DNA of 64,000 nt from Leidyana gryllorum EB-2025a (taxonomy: Eukaryota > Protista > Apicomplexa), in contig JBLWGC010000230.1 in assembly GCA_048772705.1 (NCBI GenBank), positions 186,001 through 250,000 on the forward strand. Reading direction: 5' to 3'. Below, piece after piece: positions 12,081 to 23,555 of the stretch. Numbering within the stretch: position 1 is the stretch's first letter; each line of letters starts with the position of its first letter. Under the pieces are notes generated by a model that searched no databases, was not told the origin of the DNA, and worked only from the letters and a program-made list of their open reading frames with translations. The translations under genes and the position numbers were made by a program.

Positions 12081-14653
12081 TTAGACCAGAACCAAATTTC
12101 TCAGCGACTCTGCCGTGAGAGATGATAGCTCGCCTTGCTTGACATTCCACAAGTAATAGAATACCATGACCGCCAGCTGTCGGCGATCATTCGTCACTCA
12201 GAGAGAAAGGGAGACCAACTGACTCACCGGCTGCCCAGTGAAGCAGAACACCATCCAAAAGAGCATATTTCCCCAAGTCGGGTGAGCTTTTGACTGATGA
12301 GAGGTTCGTTTATTTCAATCAACGAACCCTCCTCCAGCAGGGTGCTCACCATGTGTCCATCAGTGACGATTGCCAGTGGTGTTTGCATAACAAAGGCGAA
12401 GAAGACCAGGCCGGTCCAGCCAATTCGCAAAGGTGCAACAACGAGATACTCGTGAGCTAATGCCGACAACACGAATACGGCTTGTCCAGCAATGAATTTC
12501 GATATCCCTAAAGAAGGAGAGAGAGCGATATTTGTTGAATGACTCCTGAACCACCACCACAACGCCTACCGCGGCTTAACAATGGCTTGTAAATATGTCG
12601 ATGACAAAAATTGTGTACAGGCTGAGAAGATAGATCAACAGATCGGATCGAGCGAGGGAGGGAGCGAGAGGGAGTAAGAAATTGCCCGGCGGCCACTCAC
12701 CAAGTTCCATTTGCGCCAATACTCCCCGAAGCCAGTCGCATTCCACCAATCCTCGTAGAAATTCGCATCTTCAAACCCTGTCACCTCCGCCAATAGACTC
12801 AACCAGTAATGGAAAAAGGCAAGGAATACCAGCAACCACACATACAACGTGGGCAGTGACAGCTTGAGCATCCGCTCAATGAAGTGACCCAGGAGTTTGA
12901 GCAAAGTAAAATCCTCGTCTATCACGGTGAACGTGCTCTGCACGATCACCACCATGTATTGTTCGACCAGTACCCTGAACACACAACAATCACCACCAAC
13001 AATTCAGGGGATATCTCACTTTATAGCAACAGTACACAGCAGAATCATCGTGCTGCATTGAGCAACCCGCATCCAATCCGTTCTTGGTGTCCGCGGATAA
13101 TACAGTTGAAAACACAGTGTTGGGTACGCCATGTACAAACCGAAATCCTTCACACCGAGGAACTTCTCAGGATACTCCTCGACAGCCTTCAGCTCCTCTT
13201 TGCTCGTGCACTTCGTGTTCAGATCCACATTCCGGACTTTGACGACGCGCACATCGTGTAGAACGTGGTGGAAACTGGCCAACTTGAGACACCACGTCAC
13301 AGAAGTAAACAGGATTGCCAACGACGACGCTGATAAGAGATTGTGAAATATCGGACACCCATACGACGATTACAGCATAACGCCACATAGCGACTACTCA
13401 GACACACCCACCAAAGTGTACCATGTTGACACACACACACACACACACCGAAGTGTGCCAAGTTGGCACACACACACACCGAAGTGTGCCAAGCTGGCAC
13501 ACAGCAGACAGTGTGTGTAACACACACATCTCGTGGAGGCATTGATGATCAAAGAGAGATCAATCTATATCACCACTCCTGACTGCTAAGTAGCTTACTG
13601 GGATCGATGGAGGTGTAGGTGACCAGGAAGTAGGGCAGCACCATCATGAGTACCGCCACCAATGTGACGAGCACCACATGCTGAGGGAAGGAAAGGTAAG
13701 GAGTTGATGTTTTTGATTTACCAAATGTTCGGCCGCCTCCTCAACGATTCGCTGGTCGTTCAACAAGTCTTGAACTTTGGCAACGAGAACTTTGGCACTC
13801 AAGTCTTCAAATCCCGTGAGACTAGTAATACTGGCTGACCAACAAGGCGGCGGCATCAACGGATGTCCCTCGATCAGTGCCTTTACCTTTCCGAGATGTG
13901 CTCGAAGGAGACACAGTGGGAACTTGCAGGTTCGGAGACGTCACCGCACGGACTGAGGGGGACTCTGGAGCCGGTGTTGGCTCCTCGTCTCCTTCTTTAG
14001 AATTTGCCGAGGCGAGAGAGCTTTTCCTCCGACGGCGAACGCTCGAGGTTGGGGGTGCTTTGGGTGAGACAACTGGAGACAGATCTGCATCCCCTGAAAC
14101 AGCAGTGCTCTCGGCTGCCAGTTTCTCTTGGCTTCGGATAAGTCTGAGGCTCGCAGTGAAATGTTGTGTGCGAGTTCGTTCAATCCAATAGCCACAGAAC
14201 GCAATAGCAATGAGCTGACTGGATTTTGAGCAGCAGAGGGCGGCGTAGAAAAGGGGTGTGGCATATTTCAGAGTGTTCGGGCGGGGAAGAGGGCGTTAGT
14301 TGGGTTATGTGGGGAGAAGGGAGTGTCAGTCTATTTTGGTGTGCCCACCATTATGATTCCACCGAGAGCAACGGCATTCTCTCTGAGGAAGCGCGTTGAG
14401 GGTATCCAAGAAACAAGAATGCCTATGGCGACAGAGTGTAGTGTAATGGAATGGAACGCTCAATATATATACCATATTTCATTATATTAGCCATGATTTC
14501 CCTCGCATTGGTTGCAAAGAATATGATCAGTAATAGGTTGGTTAATCCCCGGAATTCATGAAGTGTGATTTTACTCTCCGATAGGAACGGTTTATGGGGC
14601 CCCGGCTTGTGGCATACCGAGGCCACCGAATGGTACTCTCGCCGTTCGCCCAT
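12081..14653 (-). CDS. DGAT1: Diacylglycerol O-acyltransferase 1 (MBOAT family), many introns
   Basis: FRGLTNL, LKLASFHH, PTLCFQLYYPRT, FYEDWWNA, WRKWNL|PVHNFCHRHIYKP, SALAHEY (catalytic His) and GNMLFW...GQP. Confidence 0.92.
13401..13530. repeat. Intronic minisatellite: palindromic units gtgtgccaagttggcacac separated by (CA)n
   Basis: Units at ~13416 (degenerate), 13453, 13484 and ~13511, inside DGAT1 intron 13330-13598. Confidence 0.85.
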
Positions 14654-14698
14654 GCCTACTCAGAGCATTGCGACAAAAACCAAAAAATCAACCTCATC

Positions 14699-15301
14699 AT
14701 GGGGGGCAGTCTGCTGCTTTGCCTGGCAATCCTGGTGACTACGTTCTGTACGACATTACTGAGCGAGTTGGTGGCGTGGTACTTTTGTTACCGCAAGCGA
14801 TCCTTCCAGGAAATCGTCGAGAAGGTGCATAAGAAAGAGGCCCAAGTGGCAGCTGAGAGGGCAAAATGTGCCAGCGAGCCACCCAACCGTCGCAAGCATA
14901 GCGCTGCTCGTCTCAAGATGTTCGAGGATCAACTCAAATCTATGACACAGGAGGCTGCCATGGCCTCTATGAAGGCGCAGGCCATCCCCGCAGTCTGTTT
15001 AGTTGTGGTTATCCCTTTCGTCATGAAAATGTTCCGAGGCAGCGTCGCCGCTACATTGCCATTCGAGCCCATATGGCCCTTCAGCCGCTTCCTCCACGAA
15101 GGTTTGGCCGACCCGCAGCCTACAGACTGCAGTGGAACCGCGATATACTTTCTCTCTGTGTCTGTCATGCGAGCCTTCGTCCGCCGTCTCATCCCCGCAC
15201 CCAAAATGCCTTCCTTGTGGGATCTTAGTCAAGACACCAACCGAGAAATCCCAGTCGCCGATGTTCAAACGACCACGACTTCTTCGTCCAAGAAGGACTA
15301 A
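14699..15301 (+). CDS. TMCO1: TMCO1 (Oxa1/EMC3/DUF106 superfamily) ER membrane protein
   Basis: LLSELVAWYFCYR, coiled coil, FRGSVAATLPFEPIWPFSRFLHEGL and TDCSGTAIYFL. Confidence 0.9.
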   Translation: MGGSLLLCLAILVTTFCTTLLSELVAWYFCYRKRSFQEIVEKVHKKEAQVAAERAKCASEPPNRRKHSAARLKMFEDQLKSMTQEAAMASMKAQAIPAVCLVVVIPFVMKMFRGSVAATLPFEPIWPFSRFLHEGLADPQPTDCSGTAIYFLSVSVMRAFVRRLIPAPKMPSLWDLSQDTNREIPVADVQTTTTSSSKKD

Positions 15302-15325
15302 GTCCCCTTTGGACAAATCCATTGA

Positions 15326-16109
15326 TCACAACTTCCGGGAACGGAACCACCGAGTGATGCATCTGAAAGAGGAGGATTTAGTTATACATTGCCCGTACAC
15401 CCGTCAAAGTCGCCCATACCTGCGTCCCCAAGCCTCTTTTTCGGTGTCAGTGAAATACACAAACTGTTGCGGAGCTCTACATGGGCCGCTATACACATCC
15501 GTCGGTGCGCACATCAATCCAGGTGCCTCCGGCACGTGCTCCCAATTCTCAGGACACTTCAGCGCTTCGATCGGGCCCACCGCGCAGTCCCATTTGAAGC
15601 CGCACTTCTTAGTCAATCTCTCCTTTGCTTCATTGTCAAATCCGCTCGTCGCCTCTTCTCCCTTACAGGCTCCCTTATAACTCCCCGGTGCGAGACAAAC
15701 ACCACTGCTACTCTTTGACCAACCCGACGGGCACTCGTGACCCTCCCAATCTGGTTCACACAAATCAATCTCATCTAGCGGGTGTGCGCGCGGGGCCTGC
15801 TGACTGCTTTCCAACTCAGCCTCCTTCAAAATGCTAGGAGGAGGCGCGTTCCCGAGAACATCCTCGTCAAATGGCACATCAACCTCTTCCTGTTCAGTGA
15901 GTGTGTGTGGGCGGGCTCACAGACATCTATCATCACTCACGTCAGGTTCCTCTACCAGATTGTCAAGTGCTTCCCCCACTGCGTCGTCATTCATAGTGTT
16001 TAGTAAATCCTTCAAAGAACAAACGGTTTCCCCTATCACAACTACACTGTCCTCTCACTGGATCAGCTGCCAGGGCCAAGACAGCAATCATCATCTGTGA
16101 GACCAACAT
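15326..16109 (-). CDS. CPW-WPC family secreted protein with two domains; 3 introns
   Basis: Signal peptide MLVSQMMIAVLALAA. Domain 1: CPSGW...CLAPGSYKGAC...KCGFKWDC. Domain 2: CPENW...CAPTDVYSGPC...KEAWGRR|CITRW. Confidence 0.85.
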
Positions 16110-16210
16110 CTTCCCAATAAAAGTGAATGAGTCCAAACACGCCTCCGCCAGCGAGCGAGCGAACGTGTGTGTGCGCGCGCGTGTGTATGTCTAGTCACGG
16201 CCGCGTACAT

Positions 16211-17467
16211 TCAGATGTTCCGTGAAGGTGGCAATTGCCCTTTGCAGTTGGCAATCAGCGCTTTGGCATCGGTTTCAACTCGACTCAAGTCAAGTCCACC
16301 GGTGCCAAGAATACTTAGTTCTAGATTAAGAGGAGAATCATCATCAAAGCTGTGACCTTCCTCTGACACTTTATTCAAAGGGGCGGCACCAGCCTGCGGA
16401 GGTCCAGTATTCTTTGGGTTCGGTGTATTGTAGAGGTAGAAAGAATTCGCACCCCACTCAGTTCCGTTTTCCGAATAAGCCAACGAGTTGTCCAGCCCCG
16501 GGCCTGGGGGCTTGGCCATGGGCCTTAGGCTGCTTCCGCTGATCGACGACACATTGAGCATAGACGAGTTTAGGAAGGATGACTGATTCAAAGCCGCGTT
16601 ATTGCCGCTCAGAGTCCGAGCCAAGGGCGAAGCAGCCAGAGAATTATGTCGGGCGGCAGGCACATTAGGCCCGCGAGGAGGGTGCAGTGACCGAAGCGTC
16701 CGTTCGACTGACTGTTCGAGCTGAGGGAGGACAATTTGAGCAACTTTGGCGGCGAGAGACTCTTCGCAGATTGGTTCGGGTTGGGGTGGCGCGTTGTCTC
16801 TATCTTCCTGTTGTTCTATGTGACGGTCCAACGTGTCTTGCAGATGGGCAACTTTGGCTTCCAACTGTTGGTGTCGGTCCTTGATGAGCTGATGTACGAT
16901 TTTGAGCCGATCGTCGAGATGCTCGATCGCTTTGACCACAGCACCCATTGAGTTGGACAGCATTGTTTGTATTTTATCTAGAGACGCTTGCGTATTTACG
17001 GGTGCAAGGCTTCTGCGGGCACCCGAGTTCAGGTAGTCAGAATCAGCAGGGCTTTCAGACGGGAAGTCAATGTCAGTTGTAGGGACGCGGTCCATACAGG
17101 ACGACGCATCTGTAGTCTCATTTTGGCGACAGACAGACCCCGTTCGCTTGGCGGCGGGCGCATGATAGACATGATGATGTCTGGTGCCCTTATTGTCTAT
17201 GGGATCGGAGGAGCGCAGATTGTGCGGAAAGGCCTTCTGGGAACTGTCGCGTCGCTGTCGACAGGGAGAGGGATTAAAGGTCTCGGAGGGGGCTCGAGAT
17301 AGTCGTGCTCCTCGAGGTTGGGTTAAGCTTTGGGATGCTCTGGAAGCCGCTACTAGACTTCCTGACGATTGCCTTGAAACGTAGCCGTTGGCATAGGGGT
17401 TGTGGTTGGCGGAAGCGAAGGATGGCTGCTGAGGCCCTTCAGCTGTGTAAAGTTCGCTACGACCCAT
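16211..17467 (-). CDS. Hypothetical 418-aa protein (disordered, with a central coiled coil)
   Basis: Single ATG-initiated ORF filling the gap between neighbours. Confidence 0.7.
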   Translation of the reverse strand: MGRSELYTAEGPQQPSFASANHNPYANGYVSRQSSGSLVAASRASQSLTQPRGARLSRAPSETFNPSPCRQRRDSSQKAFPHNLRSSDPIDNKGTRHHHVYHAPAAKRTGSVCRQNETTDASSCMDRVPTTDIDFPSESPADSDYLNSGARRSLAPVNTQASLDKIQTMLSNSMGAVVKAIEHLDDRLKIVHQLIKDRHQQLEAKVAHLQDTLDRHIEQQEDRDNAPPQPEPICEESLAAKVAQIVLPQLEQSVERTLRSLHPPRGPNVPAARHNSLAASPLARTLSGNNAALNQSSFLNSSMLNVSSISGSSLRPMAKPPGPGLDNSLAYSENGTEWGANSFYLYNTPNPKNTGPPQAGAAPLNKVSEEGHSFDDDSPLNLELSILGTGGLDLSRVETDAKALIANCKGQLPPSRNI

Positions 17468-17520
17468 TTGAACTTGTTCTTTTTGGAAGGTAGGTGCGCA
17501 CTCTGTTGCTTGGCTTGCCT

Positions 17521-17528
17521 TGCATGCA
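17521..17528. promoter_or_regulatory. TGCATGCA palindrome, a candidate ApiAP2-binding element, in a divergent intergenic region
   Basis: Exact motif 5 bp upstream of the PMCA ATG. Related GCATGC cores occur at ~35239 and ~43892, next to other divergent starts. Confidence 0.45.
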
Positions 17529-17533
17529 CTTCA

Positions 17534-20500
17534 ATGTCATCGGATGAGGACAGAGCCACAGTAGAGCTATCTTTGGATGCTTCTGACACTGTCAATGACT
17601 ACTATCCCGCCCTACCAGTCTTCAAACAGTGCTCCAATGTGCATCGAGCCTCTCTACCCCCTCAACGAGCCGAGTCTGTCCGCCGACGCCTACAGCGGCA
17701 AGGTGTGGTACCAGCAGATGACCTCAGATTAGAAGCGCCTCTGAACGCGGCCTTTGGCTGCAGGTTACAGGAGGTGGTGTCGGCATACGTCAAAAGGACT
17801 AAGCACGAAGATGTTGACATTCTGCGCTCTCATGGAGGCACCTCTCGCTTCTTATGGGATCTTTGTGTGGTTCCTCAAGATGGCGTCGAGAGCTCGATTG
17901 AGGTGGCTCGCAGGGCCGAGATTTTCGGCCGCAACGAGATGCCTCGCAAGGCTATGACACCGTTTTGGAGACTTCTCTGGGACGCAGGAGCAGATCCAAT
18001 GTTGAGGATTTTGATGGTGGCGGCAATTGTCAGTCTGGCTTTGGGCATTGCCTTTGGAGAGAACCCCAAGATTGAATGGATTGAAGGTGCGGCGATCTTC
18101 ATGGCCGTATGCATAGTTATGTGCGTCACCGCCTTGAACGACTATTTCAAGGAACGCCAATTCGCAAACTTGTACGCGCAAGAGGAGAAATTCTGCAACG
18201 TAGTCCGTGACGACGGCCAGCTGCAGCGGATCAAAGTAGAAGAGCTCGTGGTTGGCGATATCATTGTACTGGAAACTGGAGATGAAATCCCTGCAGATGC
18301 ATTGGTCTTGTCCTGCCACACGTGAGCACAAACGTGTGTGAGGAGACACACAATCTCTCTCTTTTTCTTTCAGGTTATCAATTGACGAGTCCTCACTGAC
18401 GGGAGAGTCCGATGCCATTGTCAAGAAGAGCATCGACCAATGCATCAAAGAGGCAGACGCTCTGCTCGCCGGCAGCACTCCTCTGAAGCCGCGAAATGCC
18501 CACCACCAAATCCCTTCGCCGGTGTTGCTGTCCGGATCGGTAGTAACTAACGGCACAGCTCGAGCTGTGGTGGTCGCAGTGGGAGTTCACAGCCAAGTCG
18601 GCAAGCTTTTCACCAAGTTGACGGTGGACACAGAACCGACGCCTCTACAAAGTGAGTGTCCATCTTGATTTTTGATTTCAACGAGGCCTCCTCTTTCTAT
18701 CAGACAAGCTGAACGCATTGGCTCGTGACATTGGGAAGATTGGTTTTATGGCCGCTTTGATCACATTGGTCGTGTTGGTGGCTGAGTACTTTATATTGGG
18801 TACAGTCCAAGATGACGATTTCGAGACTAATGGTGCCAGTGTGGCGAGTGCCATGGTGGATTATGTCGTGGTGGCCATTACCATCATCGTTGTGGCCGTA
18901 CCCGAAGGCCTCCCGTTGGCTGTGACGATCTCGTTGGCTTTCAGTGTAGGACGAATGTTGAAGGATCAGAATTATGTGAGGAAATTAGCCGCTTGTGAGA
19001 CAATGGGTGGAGCCAATGAGATTTGCTCCGACAAGACCGGAACATTGACGAAGAATCAAATGGAGGTAGAGGCGTTCTGGAATGGGAGTGTGTTGAGTGG
19101 GAATATCAATACCTCAAGTAATGATGAGATCCCGTTGCCCCCAACACGCTTCAAGAATATTGTGGCAGAAAATATTGCTGTGAACTCGACCGGGTATCTT
19201 GAGAAGCACGACGTTGAGATTGCAGACGGTACTGGGAGACAAAAGGAGGTTGTTCGTCAAGTCGGTAGCCCGACGGAATGCGCTTTGCTCCTATTCATCC
19301 AAAATCTTGGCTATGACTATGACCACATCCGCCGCATGTACGCTGGGATCGAGCCCTACGAAGCTCCCACCCCACGATCCTTACTGATGAGAGTGCCCAC
19401 TCAGACGTCAGCACCTCAGGAAGACCTTATAGTGTTCAAGGTGCCTTTCAGTAGCGACAGAAAGGCGATGAGTACCATTGTCAAGCACCCCACCAATCCT
19501 GACCAATACCGCATCTTTGTCAAAGGCGCGGCGGAGGTTGTTTTGCGACGATGTACCTCGCGGGTAGACTCCGAAGGAGATCTCAAGGCTCTGACCGAAA
19601 CGAAGATTGATCGAATTGAGTCCGTTATCATCAATCAGTTGGCGAGCTTGGCTCTCAGGACTATTTGCTTGGCATTCAGAGATTTTAGTGCGGATGAGCT
19701 ACCGGACTGGCAAGCTCCTGAGGAGGCTAATTCCCTCTTCCTGAATTGCGAGTCGAATTTGATATGTCTGGGGATTGCTGGAATACGCGATCCGGTTCGC
19801 GAAGAGGTACCAGGAGCAGTCCGAAAATGCCAGGCCGCTGGTATTCGAGTTAGAATGTGTACAGGAGATAATATCGAGACCGCCAAACAGATCGCACTCA
19901 AGGCGTGCGTCTACCACCCCGAACAAGGAGGAATTGCAATGTTGGGCCCCGACTTCCTCAAACTCGTGGGCGGCGTGGTGTGTTCCAAGTGTCAAACCGA
20001 AAAGTGCCCTTGTGAAGGCGGAATGTCGGACCCGTCTCAAGCTGTCGACGACGCATGTCCAGCTTTGGAGACGGAGTTGGTGAACGAGGAAGACGTGGAA
20101 TCCCAACAGAAGAAGTGCTGTCGTCCCCGCAAGAAGGATCAATTGGGCGGACAAAGTCCGACTGGCGGCGGCTCGCAACGAGTTGACGTTCTCGGAGATC
20201 CAGAAGCCTTTGAGCGGATTGCTGACAGACTCGAAGTGTTGGCACGATCCCAACCAACCGACAAGTACGCCCTGGTTACCGGGCTCAAGAACCGCGGAGC
20301 TATCGTGGCCGTGACTGGTGACGGCACCAATGACGCTCCGGCGCTGAAGAAAGCTGATGTCGGATTTGCGATGGGGATAACGGGCAAAGAAGTGGCCAAA
20401 CAGGCAGCCGATATTGTCTTGTTGGACGACAACTTTGAGTCGATTGTGCGAGCGTGCAAATGGGGTCGCAACATCTACGACAATATTCAGCGATTCTTAC

Positions 20501-22432
20501 AGTTCCAAATCACTGTCAATGCTGTCGCTGTGTTGACAGCTTTCATCGGAGCTGTTATTCTGAGAGAATCGCCGTTGAGTGCAGTGCAATTGCTCTGGGT
20601 GAACCTCATTATGGACACCTTCGCGGCTCTGGCCCTAGCTACAGAGCTTCCAACCGATAAGCTCCTCAATAGAGCTCCTCATTCCCGGAATGAGTATCTA
20701 GTTAGTAAGGTGAGACCGATTTGAGCGCTTTACTTCGAAGACACCGATTAATCTTTGATTTTTCTCTCCCGCAGACGATGTTCAGGAACATCATTGGCCA
20801 AGTTATTTATCAATTCGGAGTTATGCTGGCTGTTATCTTCTCCGGCGAATGTTGGCTTCCAGAATTCGAAGCGGACTTGCCAGATACATCAGCATATCCA
20901 GGGTTTACTCAATTCAGCCAAACCTGTGGGAACGGAAGGACAGTTCGATCCGGGCGGCTATATCACCCATTCAGTCACAACCAGGACTACCGGAGTGAAT
21001 GGGCAGTGGTGAGTTTGGCAGTGATGAATAGCGGACTCTCTCTTTCTCCAATTTCTCCCCCTTGCAGAACATTACTCCTTCGCGACATTATACGTATGTC
21101 TTCAACATATTTGTATTCATGCAAGCCTTCAATTTACTCAATGCACGGAAGATTGGAGCACACGAGTACGCCATTTTCAAGGGTGTTCTGACCAACAAGT
21201 ATTGGATGGGCATCCTCGCCTTCATCATTGTCTCCCAAGTCCTTTTGGTGGAGTTCGGCGGTTACGCTCTGAGCTGCCACATCCACGGGCTGACCTGGCA
21301 ACAGTGGCTGTTGTGTTTGGCCTTCGGCTTTGGCTCTTGGGTTGTAGCTTTCTTGGTGAAATTACTCCCGACGAAGATTGTCCAAGCGCTGCCCGAAACG
21401 GGTGCCAAGGAAGTCAACCCGTTGGACGAGCCCACGAGCTTGGCTCTCGCTAGCCGCGGCAGGTACGTTTTGATTTCATTTATCGTTGTGTTTTCCTCTG
21501 CACGCGTTCTCCCCCTCTGTGCCCTTACGTTGAGAGAAGACCATACATGGTGGGAGGGGAGAGGATCATGAGTATTATTGCATGAGTGTGGCGAATGCAA
21601 GGCAATATGCCAGCAGTGAAGCGTGGGGATCTCCTCCGCCGCATATATCATCGATGATCACACGGGAATTGTCCTCCTATCTTGCCTCGCGAAGAAGACT
21701 ATATGTGCATCCTGCTCACGGCCGCAAGCGCGTGACTCTCGTCCTCGGCCCGCGGGGTGCTCGGGAGCTCGAGGTCCCGTTCTTGCCGGACGGGGTGATG
21801 CGTGCAGACTCCGATGTCGGGACCCAACAACGGTCGGGCTTAGAAAGTGCCGAGAGGGACCACCTCTTAACGGCTCTGAGCGTCGATATTCATCACCCCA
21901 CATCGGAGGAAGATGCCATCCCGGGGAGTGCTCCCATCATGCATGATATTTTACCGGACGACGAGAAGTTCAGTCACAACGCTTTTGGTCATCAACGGTC
22001 TCCGCCGAGTGGGATCTCCCTCATTGACACCCCAGACTGCTCCATATGTGGGCAGTTAATGCCTATCCCTCTGCCGGAAGACATGTTTGGAAAATCCAAT
22101 CTCCGCTGCCCACCATGTTCCCGATTGATGCTTGATGATGATATCTGGGGGATGAAATAATGAGATGATGCGCTTTAGGATATCGTCGGGACGGATTAGC
22201 GCTCGCATGAATTTGATGAGCACCCAGGACGCCTCAAGAGTCAGAGCATCCATAGTTTCGAGCATTGGACGGTGAGTTATATCTATCTCTACAAGTTCAC
22301 ATGTTGACTATTCTTTGCAGAGTCACTGGAGATTCAAGTGATCGACGACGGAGGGGCACTCAAAGTTCCACCACGCCCAGCCTCCCAGGTCCCGCAGGGA
22401 TCGCTGTGAACGAGAATTCCGCCCCAATGTAG
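17534..22432 (+). CDS. ATP2B: Plasma-membrane-type Ca2+-ATPase (P2B/PMCA), multi-exon
   Basis: [31 protein letters not shown] phosphorylation motif, [27 protein letters not shown] and [10 protein letters not shown]. Final exons are inferred at 22179-22271 and 22321-22432. Confidence 0.95.
21582..22160 (+). CDS. 192-codon ORF within a long PMCA intron, with C-terminal CxxC...CxxC; alternative terminal exon or nested gene
   Basis: Open frame ending DCSICGQL...LRCPPCSRL, lying between the donor at 21463 and the acceptor at 22178. Confidence 0.45.
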   Translation: MSVANARQYASSEAWGSPPPHISSMITRELSSYLASRRRLYVHPAHGRKRVTLVLGPRGARELEVPFLPDGVMRADSDVGTQQRSGLESAERDHLLTALSVDIHHPTSEEDAIPGSAPIMHDILPDDEKFSHNAFGHQRSPPSGISLIDTPDCSICGQLMPIPLPEDMFGKSNLRCPPCSRLMLDDDIWGMK

Positions 22433-22472
22433 GCAAACTTTTGGTGCTGCGTTGTAGAAAAAACCTGTTTCA

Positions 22473-23463
22473 ATGACTAATCAAGATGACTATGGTAGAG
22501 TAGCACTAGGTGGTGACGACTCTGGGAGTGACGAGGCATCTAAATTCAGAAAGCGGCGTCAGCACGCGCGAGATGGTCTGCCTGCAAAAAAGAAGGCGGC
22601 CAGCTCCTCATATTATGACGAACTCTATCCCCCACCAGCACCATCGGCCGCCGCCTCAGAGGTCAAAGAAGAACTTGAGGATCACTTAGAGGCCTTGGAA
22701 AGGCGTCATAAAGTCAAGAAAGAGAGAGAGGGTGACGAGGAGCGGGATTTCCGACGAGACCGTCGGTCTGGGCATTCCAAAGATGAGGGCGGCCCGCCAA
22801 AGAAACAGTTCAAGTCCCGAATCGATCTTATAAAGTTGGAGCCATCTGGGTTATTGGCTGCTGAAACTAACACGCGCAACGGCGTGGAACTCAAGCTGTC
22901 TCTGCCTCTAGAGGCCCGCAAACCCAGCAGAGCTTGGCGCCTAGTCGTCTTCAAGGACGCGGATGACGATAAACAGAGTGAGTCAGCGGAGTGGTGCCGT
23001 AATTATACGATTTTGCTCTTGCAGAAGTGGTACCCATCGATCGTCAGAAAATGTATATACTGGGAAAGGATGAAAGGGTCGCTGACATTCCCATAATGCA
23101 TCCCACTATCAGTGGGCAGCACGCAGCCATCGTACATAGACTCGCCAAAGGCGAAGTGCGGCCGTATATCATTGATCTGAACAGCACAAATGGAACGTTT
23201 CTCAACGGTGAACAGATCGAAAAGGAGCGTTTCTACGAACTAATGTGAGTGAAGTGACGCCAGCTCCTCCAACATTCCTGTATTGACATTGTCGCAGCTC
23301 GCAAGATGTCTTGAAATTCGCCAAATCTAGCAGAGATTATGTGGTAATGCCGTTGGACGTTGTGGAGGGTAAAAACGTTGCCCTGGAAGACATCTTGGAG
23401 AAACGTTTGAAAGAGGAAGAAGAACTTCGTGCCCGCAAGACCCGAGGTCGAAAATATTGGTAG
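22473..23463 (+). CDS. SNIP1: SNIP1/Pml1 FHA-domain protein (RES complex)
   Basis: SGLLAAETNTRNGVELK...PLEARKPSRAWRLVVFK, YILGKDERVADIPIMHPTISGQHA and PYIIDLNSTNGTFLNG. Confidence 0.9.
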
Positions 23464-23555
23464 TGGTTCTGGATCAAAGCGGGCGGGTAACTTCCAATCG
23501 ATATAAGGAGCACAGGTTGTGTAGCATTGAGCATCCAGTTCAGAAAGCTAGCTAA

